The notes below the pieces were generated by a model that saw nothing but the letters and a program-made list of their open reading frames with translations, was not told the DNA's origin and ran no database searches. 64,000 nt of DNA from a virus. The translations under genes were made by a program, and so were the position numbers. Below, piece after piece: positions 55,263 through 62,873 of the stretch; the first letter of the stretch is position 1; each line of letters opens with the position of its first letter. The DNA is taken from IMG/VR virus record IMGVR_UViG_3300045988_141580, one strand, 5' to 3'.

Positions 55263-56174
55263 TTATCTTAATTTACGAAAATTGTTTGTAATTATAAACT
55301 CACTCCTCGTCCTTCTTCCTGCGTTGGTGGCTGCAAACGTACAGGGAATCTCTGACATACTGTCAGGCTGTCCGTATATCTCACGCACGATGTCCTCATC
55401 ACCGCCTATCGTCAGCACATAGGTGGCTTCACTCAGTCTCAACTTCTCGGCCAGTGCAAGATGATCCGCATCGGTGAAGCCGTCCTTGGTGTATGCCGTG
55501 AATCCACGACCGTTATTCTCACGTATATACGGTGGATCCACGAAGACGACCGTTCCTGGAGCCATAACGAACTCATCAAAGCCTCCCTGCTGGATATCAG
55601 CGTTTCTCAGCAGAACGGACGCCTGTTCTATCGCCTCATAGTTCACACGACTTTTCCTTGTGATAGACTGCCTTGGCGGAACGTTGAACTCACCCCTGGA
55701 GTTCACACGCCACATTCCCTGGAAACAGTTGCGATTCAGCCACAGGAACATTCCGGCTCTGCCAGCCTCGCCACCGCTGTCCTCATCATCCATACTCTCG
55801 TCACACCGCTCAAGCACGGCCATATAGATGTTCCATCTTTCACGCACGGCCATATAAAAGGACTTCTGCTCGTCGGCGAACTTTAGACGCAGATAGCGGT
55901 CATCCAGTGCGTGAACGGAACGTATGACATCCTGTGGATTCTCCTTGACCTGTCGCCAACAGTTGATGAGGTGTGGATTTAAATCCGAGAGCAAAGCCTT
56001 GCAGTCAGGGTTTCTCCGGAGAACCTCCAGTGCCACCGCACCACCTCCCAGGAACGACTCCATATAGTAGTCAATCTGTTCAGGCATAAGGTCAAGTATC
56101 TCATTCACCCTGCGAGCCTTTCCACCGACCCATTTCAGAAACGGCTCGGCCTGTGTTTCTTTTCTTCTATTCAT
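55263..56174 (-). CDS. dam: DNA adenine N6-methyltransferase (Dam / D12 class)
   Basis: FLKWVGGKARR, FLGGGAV and VFVDPPY motifs. Confidence 0.85.
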   Translation of the reverse strand: MNRRKETQAEPFLKWVGGKARRVNEILDLMPEQIDYYMESFLGGGAVALEVLRRNPDCKALLSDLNPHLINCWRQVKENPQDVIRSVHALDDRYLRLKFADEQKSFYMAVRERWNIYMAVLERCDESMDDEDSGGEAGRAGMFLWLNRNCFQGMWRVNSRGEFNVPPRQSITRKSRVNYEAIEQASVLLRNADIQQGGFDEFVMAPGTVVFVDPPYIRENNGRGFTAYTKDGFTDADHLALAEKLRLSEATYVLTIGGDEDIVREIYGQPDSMSEIPCTFAATNAGRRTRSEFIITNNFRKLR

Positions 56175-56508
56175 CGTAGTATAGATTTACAAGTGTTGTG
56201 ATGTTTCCTGTCTCGGTTATGGTTATCATACTCTCCATGTCAGGTCTGTCGGCATAGTGGCTCATCAGGGCTTCAGTGGTCGCGACGAATGCGTCCAGAA
56301 GATCTACCCATTTCCAGCCTGTGGAATGGAGGTTGAGCGTCTCGTGTCGCATCCTCAGGGATAGGAAGCCGCTGCGCTCGTCCAGAACGCACGCTCTTAA
56401 TTCCGTCACTGGAATGCGGAAGAAGCCCTTGATTGAATTAGACACGGCCTTGCCGCCCTCCGTCACGTCAACTTTTCTCGTGCCTATGTTGATTTGTAGA
56501 AATGTCAT
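56167..56508 (-). CDS. Hypothetical protein
   Basis: 113-aa ORF overlapping the dam start by 8 nt. Confidence 0.65.
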   Translation of the reverse strand: MTFLQINIGTRKVDVTEGGKAVSNSIKGFFRIPVTELRACVLDERSGFLSLRMRHETLNLHSTGWKWVDLLDAFVATTEALMSHYADRPDMESMITITETGNITTLVNLYYDE

Positions 56509-56601
56509 ATTCGGTCATTATTTACGATTGTGGAGGTGTGTCCTGCCGAATGTATCAGATGGAGAACAACACCTCCTAATTTTCGTGATTTTAACGCAAA
56601 T

Positions 56602-57501
56602 TCAAGCGAATATCGCCTGTCTCAGGGTGTCAACCGTGTAGCTCCTTGCGCTGAACACCCATCCAGCCCTCCTAACACCCTCCACTGTTAGGCCTGGATT
56701 GAAGCGACCCTTGAGCTCCTTCAGGCGTGCTCTCAACGGCTTGGTGTCCCCCACCACGGCCAGAGCCTTGTCAGAGTAGGTAATGATGTCCACACCCTCC
56801 CCAAGGCTTGGGGCTGAAGCCTGTTCCTCACTCGGTGTAGGCTGTGGGGCTGTGATACGAGCCTGTCTCTGGACGTGCTTCCATTCCCTGCTGCCAGCGA
56901 TGCGCTCAGATATGTAGAAGTTCGTGTCGAAGTAGTCAATCATGCCGTCACTGTCGTCGTAGTTGAAGGACATGAGGTAGGCGATGACGTCCTGCATCAC
57001 AATCTCCGCTTCGGGTGCTACTCTGTTGTCACGCTCACTTCGGTACTGGTATCTCGTCTGATGGCCGAACTCCTGACAGCATTCATCCTGCTCCCCAACC
57101 AGACCTGAAGCAATCGGACCTCCCTTGAGATAGACGCTGATCTCACTGCACATAGAAGCGAAGTGACATCTGATGTTGAACCTCCACTGATTCCAGTTCT
57201 GCTTGCAGTATTCACGAACCAGAGCGGCGATGTCCTTGGTGCTGAGACTGGAGTCATAGTTGGAACCCTCCCATCCGTTCTGCGTGTAGAAGTGGTGGAT
57301 GGACTGCTCGGCCGTCATCGTGGGGCGAACGTTTGCGTCCTCTATCCTGTTCACCCAGATGGCGTACAGGCTGCTGTATTCGGCATTGATCTCCTGCATA
57401 GTGGCTGTGTCACCGCCTCTGTCAGGGTGGTTGGCCATAGCGAGGGTTCTGTACTGATCCTTGAGATTCTGAAACGATGTGATGTTGTTGAAGTGTGACA
57501 T
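56602..57501 (-). CDS. J-domain (DnaJ-like) protein
   Basis: LKDQYRTLAMANHPDRGGDTATMQEINAEYSSLY with the HPD tripeptide; the ~230-aa C-terminal region is unrecognised. Confidence 0.8.
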   Translation of the reverse strand: MSHFNNITSFQNLKDQYRTLAMANHPDRGGDTATMQEINAEYSSLYAIWVNRIEDANVRPTMTAEQSIHHFYTQNGWEGSNYDSSLSTKDIAALVREYCKQNWNQWRFNIRCHFASMCSEISVYLKGGPIASGLVGEQDECCQEFGHQTRYQYRSERDNRVAPEAEIVMQDVIAYLMSFNYDDSDGMIDYFDTNFYISERIAGSREWKHVQRQARITAPQPTPSEEQASAPSLGEGVDIITYSDKALAVVGDTKPLRARLKELKGRFNPGLTVEGVRRAGWVFSARSYTVDTLRQAIFA

Positions 57502-57527
57502 AACGTGTGTGAATTAATGATTACGAT

Positions 57528-57560
57528 GCAAATATAAGGGGAAGTCCTGGATTTCCCAGG
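57528..57560 (-). promoter_or_regulatory. Phage promoter cassette copy
   Basis: CCTGGGAAATCCAGGAC-N7-TATATTTGC. Confidence 0.55.
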
Positions 57561-57567
57561 AACTTCT

Positions 57568-58188
57568 CTACTTTTCTTCAGGTGTCTTGAACAGGCCGTT
57601 GATGGAGCGAAGAGTTTCCAGACGTGCGTTGGCTCTGGCTATCTTGCGCTTCAGGGATGCGATGCGCTTCCTGTCCTGACAGTCCTTAAGCTCGGCCACG
57701 TAGTTTTCGCGCCTGTCTTCAACGGCCTTGATGCGTTCATCGTGTTCATTCTTGGCTGTATTGTTAGCCTGACAAGGCTTATCTTCAACAGGGTTCATGG
57801 CTGCATGGATTTCTTCGGCAGTTGTCTGTGCCCAATCACTAAGTTCATTATAGGAAGCGAAGTCCGTGGAAAATGCCAGAACGTCACCCGTACCATCACC
57901 CCACCAATCAGACATAGATACCATAAACGAACATTGATGCGTCTTAGCCGCTTTTGCAACACCGCTCATGATGCCGCTTATCTGTTTACCTGAAAAATGA
58001 CCTCCTCTCTTGGCATCATTGGTGATATAGCCATTCCCCATTTTTGTTTCACCATTAAAGGTAAAGTCAGAATCACCCCAGTAACCATAACGGATGACGT
58101 CCTTAATGAGCTGAATGGCATTGGCTGTAAGATCAAGTGATTCGAATGCCTTCTGAATTTCGATTGATTTTTGTGATATTGCTTTCAT
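57568..58188 (-). CDS. Hypothetical protein
   Basis: 206-aa ORF with a basic coiled-coil C-terminus. Confidence 0.7.
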   Translation of the reverse strand: MKAISQKSIEIQKAFESLDLTANAIQLIKDVIRYGYWGDSDFTFNGETKMGNGYITNDAKRGGHFSGKQISGIMSGVAKAAKTHQCSFMVSMSDWWGDGTGDVLAFSTDFASYNELSDWAQTTAEEIHAAMNPVEDKPCQANNTAKNEHDERIKAVEDRRENYVAELKDCQDRKRIASLKRKIARANARLETLRSINGLFKTPEEK

Positions 58189-58218
58189 AATTCAAACTGT
58201 GATTTAATGATTACGCCT

Positions 58219-58251
58219 GCAAAGTTGGGGCTATTTCTTGAATCTTCCAAG
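58219..58251 (-). promoter_or_regulatory. Phage promoter cassette copy
   Basis: CTTGGAAGATTCAAGAA-N7-CAACTTTGC. Confidence 0.6.
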
Positions 58252-58252
58252 A

Positions 58253-58486
58253 CTACTTCTGAAAATTTCGTGAAATTAATCCTGGATTTTCATATATTCC
58301 TCGTTCAAACCTCTTACAGGGCTTCATATAGTTCATTCGTCCATAGGGTCTATCCGTGACATGACACATTCCCTGTGCCATAATAGCCGTTGGAATCCTA
58401 CGTTCCATACCTATGGGAGTGGTTCTCCAGAAGTCTCCTGGCTCCCAGTGTCTGCAACCTGCACAGCAATATTTCCTATCGTTCAT
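58253..58486 (-). CDS. Small Cys-rich hypothetical protein
   Basis: 77 aa with CCAGCRHW...MCHV...CKRF. Confidence 0.6.
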   Translation of the reverse strand: MNDRKYCCAGCRHWEPGDFWRTTPIGMERRIPTAIMAQGMCHVTDRPYGRMNYMKPCKRFERGIYENPGLISRNFQK

Positions 58487-58492
58487 TTTTCA

Positions 58493-58510
58493 TTTATCAT
58501 ATATGATAAA
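58493..58510. promoter_or_regulatory. Perfect 18-bp palindrome TTTATCATATATGATAAA
   Basis: Lies 7 nt upstream of ATG 58486. Confidence 0.5.
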
Positions 58511-58553
58511 TGGAGGAACAGAGTCCCCCACTCATCAGCTTTACTTTATACCC

Positions 58554-58730
58554 TCAAGAATGACCTCGCACCACACGATGTCCGGCCTTATTTTCTTTAT
58601 GTACTTCTCTGCTTCGATGCGGCTGCACTTTCTTGTGAGACGTGTCGTATGGACGACCTCTGACCCTTTCTCCAGCCAGGAGATTCTCCACGTAGGCGTG
58701 TTCATATAGATTCTGATTATAGGTTGTCAT
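58554..58730 (-). CDS. Small basic 58-aa protein
   Basis: MTTYNQNLYEHAYVENLLAG... Its ATG overlaps the upstream stop (ATGA). Replaces the implausible 127-aa track ORF. Confidence 0.45.
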   Translation of the reverse strand: MTTYNQNLYEHAYVENLLAGERVRGRPYDTSHKKVQPHRSREVHKENKAGHRVVRGHS

Positions 58731-58909
58731 GCCAATAGATATTGTTCCACTATTCTGCCGAGCTCCTCCCTGAACTGCCGTGCAGCCAAGGCTTGGCTGC
58801 GATAGAAGCAGAGCTCGGTTCCGTCCTCGAGACGTATTGTGACGGTGTCCGACGTGGCCACCGCATTCCGCACGATGTGTGCGTTTCGTTCCTTTTGTGT
58901 CATATCCAT
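58727..58909 (-). CDS. Small hypothetical protein
   Basis: 60-aa ORF. Confidence 0.5.
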   Translation of the reverse strand: MDMTQKERNAHIVRNAVATSDTVTIRLEDGTELCFYRSQALAARQFREELGRIVEQYLLA

Positions 58910-58933
58910 AAGTTTTTATTATAAGCAAAATTA

Positions 58934-59224
58934 TCACCCCTCTATAACCCTGAATTCACCCTCATACCCCTCTGACAACATAAGCCCTTTCTCTATTTCC
59001 CACTGTGTGTCGTATGCAGAATTGTCCTCCCTGTGATGCCGATACCACTTATCGTAGATGCCACCCCTTGCGTCCCTGATGGCAGCAAGCCTATCCCTAT
59101 CCCTTACCATACGGCTCTGCAGATTATGAAGTTCGTTGATTTTTTGACTAATCTGCAAATCCAGCCCCTTAATCAAAGCTTCGGAACATTTGATACGCTC
59201 CTGAAGTTGTTTCTGTGCATCCAT
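58934..59224 (-). CDS. Small coiled-coil protein
   Basis: 96-aa ORF behind a promoter cassette. Confidence 0.65.
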   Translation of the reverse strand: MDAQKQLQERIKCSEALIKGLDLQISQKINELHNLQSRMVRDRDRLAAIRDARGGIYDKWYRHHREDNSAYDTQWEIEKGLMLSEGYEGEFRVIEG

Positions 59225-59251
59225 AATTTTGATGATTTTAACGATTACGGT

Positions 59252-59283
59252 GCAAAGTTGGTGTATTTTCTTGAATATCCAAT
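59252..59283 (-). promoter_or_regulatory. Phage promoter cassette copy
   Basis: ATTGGATATTCAAGAA-N7-CAACTTTGC. Confidence 0.6.
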
Positions 59284-59489
59284 GAAGTTTTCACGAAAAT
59301 TCTATTACTTACAATTTTAATCATCATAACTCGGGATACCTGAGTGGAGTTATAGGAGTGGTATCCATGAACAGCTTTACATTTTACGTAATTTCGGGAT
59401 TTTTGCTTAATTTCGTTTTATACCCCTCCGGGATTTTGTTATCACACACTTAACATTTGAAATCAGTCACTCATTATCAGTGAATTATA

Positions 59490-59523
59490 TTTTTCACGTC
59501 ATTTTCACACCCAATTTTTCACA
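59490..59523 (+). repeat. Three direct DnaA-box-like 9-mers
   Basis: TTTTTCACG (59490), ATTTTCACA (59501) and TTTTTCACA (59515), compared with the relaxed DnaA box TTWTNCACA. Confidence 0.45.
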
Positions 59524-60009
59524 AAATATCGGCATCCGCCTGTCCCGATGAGCTTCCGTTAAGTACCGAAAATCCCGGAGTTTAGGGAACTGGCCGCTCA
59601 TAGGTGGTGTATCTATGTCGGAAATGCCCTGTCATCGGCTAATTTCGCCCGAAAACAGGCGTGACGTGAGCGAAAGGGATTCTGTGGCGGAGGACTCCGC
59701 ACGGCTCTAAATACCCAGAACCTCTCCACCTAAACCGACCTCTCAAAACCACCACACTATGACCTCAAAACCCACCCAAACCGACCTCAAGATATCCCTA
59801 CTGAACCTGAATCAATACACCCAACCGACCCCTCCTGAACCCTCATACCTCTAAACTGACCCTCCTGACTGAACCCCTCCCCTTGATGTCATTCACCTCA
59901 ATACCCTCAATGCCTGTATTCAAGTGCTCCATATAAGGAAGGATTATCATCCATTATAAGAAATGCTTATCATAGGAATAGGAGGGTATCCTGAATATCA
60001 GGGAGTTGG

Positions 60010-60154
60010 GGAACGTTCTGTTCGAACGTTCCAGGTGTGAACTTCCTACGGAGTTCACACGAAAAGACACACAGGGTCTGGACCAATCTCCATATTCTCT
60101 GTGTGTCTATCAATTATGATCAACTATAAGTTCTGCTTATCGAGGGTGATAAGC
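60010..60154. other. Train of four perfect hairpins
   Basis: 9-bp stem at 60010/60024, 9-bp at 60035/60052, 10-bp at 60065/60099, 7-bp at 60135/60148. Confidence 0.7.
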
Positions 60155-60178
60155 TCTAATTATGCACCTGCCCCCACT

Positions 60179-60466
60179 TTATAGCTTCATCCCCACAGGT
60201 GTTCCATCATCATACCACACATAGTGCTCCACCAGAATATTATACAGAATGCGACGCTCTCCGCACTGCACAAAATCGTCAGTGATGATGGACGGCACAA
60301 GAATGTGACCTTTTATCGGCTCCCTGATAAGCATACACTTGTGATCACAGGCTTCCCTCGTGAACTCCTTCACTCCAGTGTATGCTCTGTAATCGTTTTC
60401 CATCACTCTATACCTCTCACTGTTGAAGTCCAGGCACAGATGTCCAAGACCATCCACTGGATTCAT
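60179..60466 (-). CDS. Hypothetical protein; possible N-terminal extension interrupted by an in-frame TAG
   Basis: 95-aa ORF. In frame upstream: ATG 60562, 18 further codons, TAG at 60505..60503, 12 codons, then ATG 60466. Confidence 0.6.
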   Translation of the reverse strand: MNPVDGLGHLCLDFNSERYRVMENDYRAYTGVKEFTREACDHKCMLIREPIKGHILVPSIITDDFVQCGERRILYNILVEHYVWYDDGTPVGMKL

Positions 60467-60574
60467 CTTGTTCAGCCAAATGTTGGAGCCATCTACACTA
60501 TACTAAATTCTCTTGCCCTGCTTCAAAGCGTTTAGAATCTTAATACATTCATCAATGTTCATAACTTCTTTTCT

Positions 60575-61120
60575 TTATATTGGTTGTTCATCTCTCTTCC
60601 TTATGACGTTCAGCATATAAACCAACGGCAGCGGTCTGCCAATTCTGTCCCTCACTTTTACCACATGGAATCCACCGTCACCGTTCTCACACACCACACA
60701 CGGCTCTCCCGTGACGGCCGTGGACAGCTCCTCCAGTCTATGTCTCGCATTCTCAACGGCTGATAGTAGATCCTGATAGTTTCTCCATTCAGCCCTGTAC
60801 TCCTTCACACCCACGTGACACCCATTCATTCGATCCTCCACAAGAATGCTGTTGAATAGGCGCTTCATCACACGCCACCTTTCCTCATGAAGCGGATAGA
60901 TGCCTATGGCCTCACGCATCTCTCTTCTGTGGTGCAGAACGGTGGCGTGATCACGATTGATGTATCTGCCTGACCTTTCCAGAGGTCGTGGCGTCGTGAG
61001 TAGGCAGTACCACTTTCGTGCCTCAACTATTCGCTCATCTCTGCGATCACCCCTCAACACCTCCGGTGTTATGTCATAGGCCGTACAGACAGCCTTTATT
61101 GCAGCTTCATAGAAATTCAT
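60575..61120 (-). CDS. DnaA domain IV-like (DnaA-box-binding HTH) protein
   Basis: RRDERIVEARKWYCLLTTPRPLERSGRYINRDHATVLHHRREM matches the DnaA C-terminal signature (R..aR..amyL...s...IG....rdHsTV.h). Confidence 0.65.
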   Translation of the reverse strand: MNFYEAAIKAVCTAYDITPEVLRGDRRDERIVEARKWYCLLTTPRPLERSGRYINRDHATVLHHRREMREAIGIYPLHEERWRVMKRLFNSILVEDRMNGCHVGVKEYRAEWRNYQDLLSAVENARHRLEELSTAVTGEPCVVCENGDGGFHVVKVRDRIGRPLPLVYMLNVIRKRDEQPI

Positions 61121-61139
61121 AATTTGGTATTATTAGCCA

Positions 61140-61613
61140 TTAATCCGTCCTTAGATGCAGTCTTGTCCAGTCCTCAAGGGTAACTCCTCGGTCACGAGCG
61201 GCCTCTCTCGCTGTGTCTCTAATTTTCTCCATTGCGGAGGGATCCTTGCTTGCCTGCACTATCATGGACACCAGCTCGGCCACCTCACCGCACCTTGCAC
61301 GAAAGCCGTCATAGGAAGAGGCCGTTCCGTATGTTCCAAAGGTACACTCAACGTTCCTCGGCTCAACCTCTCTGTCAAACCAGTATCCAGCCGTCTTCAC
61401 CGCCTGACAGTAGCTCTTCAGTCCCTTTAGCACGTTATTGCCCTTGGCGTCCAGCCCCACGGCCTTGTATCTCATCTTGATTCTGGCCATAACGTCATTC
61501 ATTATCGTCTCCATAGCTGTGGCAAGAACCATACAGGAGGCCATCTCCTCAGGAATGGTGCTCTCGTCAATGGACTGACGAACGGCTTCCACACGTGGAT
61601 CCGTACTATTCAT
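61140..61613 (-). CDS. Hypothetical protein
   Basis: Start set at MNSTDP, overlapping the upstream stop. Confidence 0.65.
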   Translation of the reverse strand: MNSTDPRVEAVRQSIDESTIPEEMASCMVLATAMETIMNDVMARIKMRYKAVGLDAKGNNVLKGLKSYCQAVKTAGYWFDREVEPRNVECTFGTYGTASSYDGFRARCGEVAELVSMIVQASKDPSAMEKIRDTAREAARDRGVTLEDWTRLHLRTD

Positions 61614-61908
61614 TTTCCTCGTCATAACCTGTTTCCTCCATATCATCAGTGGTCGGCTCATCACCCTCGTCCGTCTCCCAGTGATCCTTCACCCAGTGCT
61701 CTGTTTGCAGCGTTCGTAGATTTATACGCCCAAATTTCTTCATCTGCTTCTCATTAAAGGCCTCCAGCTCCTCAGCTGTCATGAAGAACGTCTGAATGCC
61801 GTTGCTGCCCCCCTCAATCCAGTCGCATCTTAGCGTGCTGCGATCTATCGTAATACCTGCCCCCTGCCTCACCCCCGTGCGGAGGGTGTCCATTCCATTT
61901 TCTGCCAT
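61606..61908 (-). CDS. Small protein with acidic tail, immediately downstream of the sigma factor gene
   Basis: 100-aa ORF. Confidence 0.65.
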   Translation of the reverse strand: MAENGMDTLRTGVRQGAGITIDRSTLRCDWIEGGSNGIQTFFMTAEELEAFNEKQMKKFGRINLRTLQTEHWVKDHWETDEGDEPTTDDMEETGYDEENE

Positions 61909-61916
61909 ATAATATG

Positions 61917-62531
61917 CTATTTACTTCTCAATTCAACATCCGTCTCATTAACCATATCCTTCAGGTGACGTATGCCGTCACGCACGGAGTGACGCACCGT
62001 GCGTCTGGTGGTTCCCATCTGCTCGGCGCACTCATCACTTGAAAGACCGTCCAGACACTTCATGCGAAGTGCGTCACGCTCATTGTCTGAAAGTTCCTCC
62101 ATAAGACCGTTTAGATAGGAGATATCCTGTCTGCGCTCCACCTGCTCCGTGGGAAGAGGTGCGTCATCCATCAGCTGCAACTCCAGAACAGGGCTGTCAT
62201 CATCAACGGTGGCGTCCACGGATGTGACGTCCAGTCTGCCGCTTCTTCGTAGACAGTCCAGCGCTCTGTTGGACGCTATCCTTACAAGCCAGGCCGACAG
62301 CTGATAGTCAGGCTGAAATCTGTGCAGCAGAGAGAACGCCCTCTCGAACGTCTCCATGCACACGTCCTCCACGTCCATCGGTCTTTTGTACAGAATTCTG
62401 GCCACGGCATATCGAACGGACTTCTGATAGTCCTCATATATCTTGGTGTAGGCGGACTGATCACCGCAGATTGCCCTCTGCACAAGAAAGAAGTCCGCTT
62501 CCCTTCTTGTTCTCTTCATAACGTATGCCAT
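61917..62531 (-). CDS. ECF-type sigma-70 family RNA polymerase sigma factor
   Basis: Region 2: FERAFSLLHRFQPDYQLSAWLVRIASNRALDCLRR. Region 4 HTH: LSDNERDALRMKCLDGLSSDECAEQMGTTRRTVRHSVRDGIRHLK. Confidence 0.8.
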   Translation of the reverse strand: MAYVMKRTRREADFFLVQRAICGDQSAYTKIYEDYQKSVRYAVARILYKRPMDVEDVCMETFERAFSLLHRFQPDYQLSAWLVRIASNRALDCLRRSGRLDVTSVDATVDDDSPVLELQLMDDAPLPTEQVERRQDISYLNGLMEELSDNERDALRMKCLDGLSSDECAEQMGTTRRTVRHSVRDGIRHLKDMVNETDVELRSK

Positions 62532-62533
62532 AT

Positions 62534-62848
62534 CTATGCAGTTCTGGTGAACAGCTCCACGACACGTGACACCACACTGCCGTCAGAGTTCAGATAGGAG
62601 AAGTTGACGGTGATTCTGGCCGTGAACGGTGTAATGTCGGAATAGGTCTGAAGCACGGTGAATTCAGCGGCCTCAAACCATCCACGCACAGTATCCTCAT
62701 AATTTATAAGATTGACCCTGCTGAAGTGAATTGTGTGCGCTCTGGCTATCAACTCCAGTCTTTCCTGAACGGACTTGCCGTCCATATAGATGTGCCTGGA
62801 TACAGGCTTGGTGAAGAAATTCCTCAATGCTTTCTTTAGTGACTTCAT
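62534..62848 (-). CDS. Hypothetical protein
   Basis: Start set at MKSLKKAL, behind the promoter cassette. Confidence 0.65.
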   Translation of the reverse strand: MKSLKKALRNFFTKPVSRHIYMDGKSVQERLELIARAHTIHFSRVNLINYEDTVRGWFEAAEFTVLQTYSDITPFTARITVNFSYLNSDGSVVSRVVELFTRTA

Positions 62849-62873
62849 TGTTCCGTGTGTTTTAATTACAGAT

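Larger units (their letters stand above)
59290..60178. other. ~890-bp ORF-free, hairpin-dense region (candidate origin and/or large structured RNA)
   Basis: The track has no ORF of 60 aa or more lying within this span (only the tail of the spurious plus ORF 59033..59320 intrudes). Contains inverted repeats, DnaA-box-like repeats, a G-depleted tract and four consecutive hairpins. Confidence 0.5.

Noticed and set aside
56532-56600. Possible thirteenth, degenerate promoter cassette (TGAATTTGC plus a GTTAAAATCAC leader) with an 8-bp-stem hairpin (ggaggtgt/acacctcc) in the leader of gene 56167..56508.
   Set aside because: The -7 box deviates (TG instead of TA), no TTGGATAT element is present, and it overlaps the end of the J-domain gene region. 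It is too weak to call, though the leader hairpin may still be regulatory.
58554-58937. 127-aa track ORF (Arg/His/Gly-rich N-terminal half).
   Set aside because: Its N-terminal half overlaps the better 60-aa ORF 58727..58909 in another frame. Only the C-terminal 58 codons, starting at an ATGA stop-start overlap, look like a real gene.
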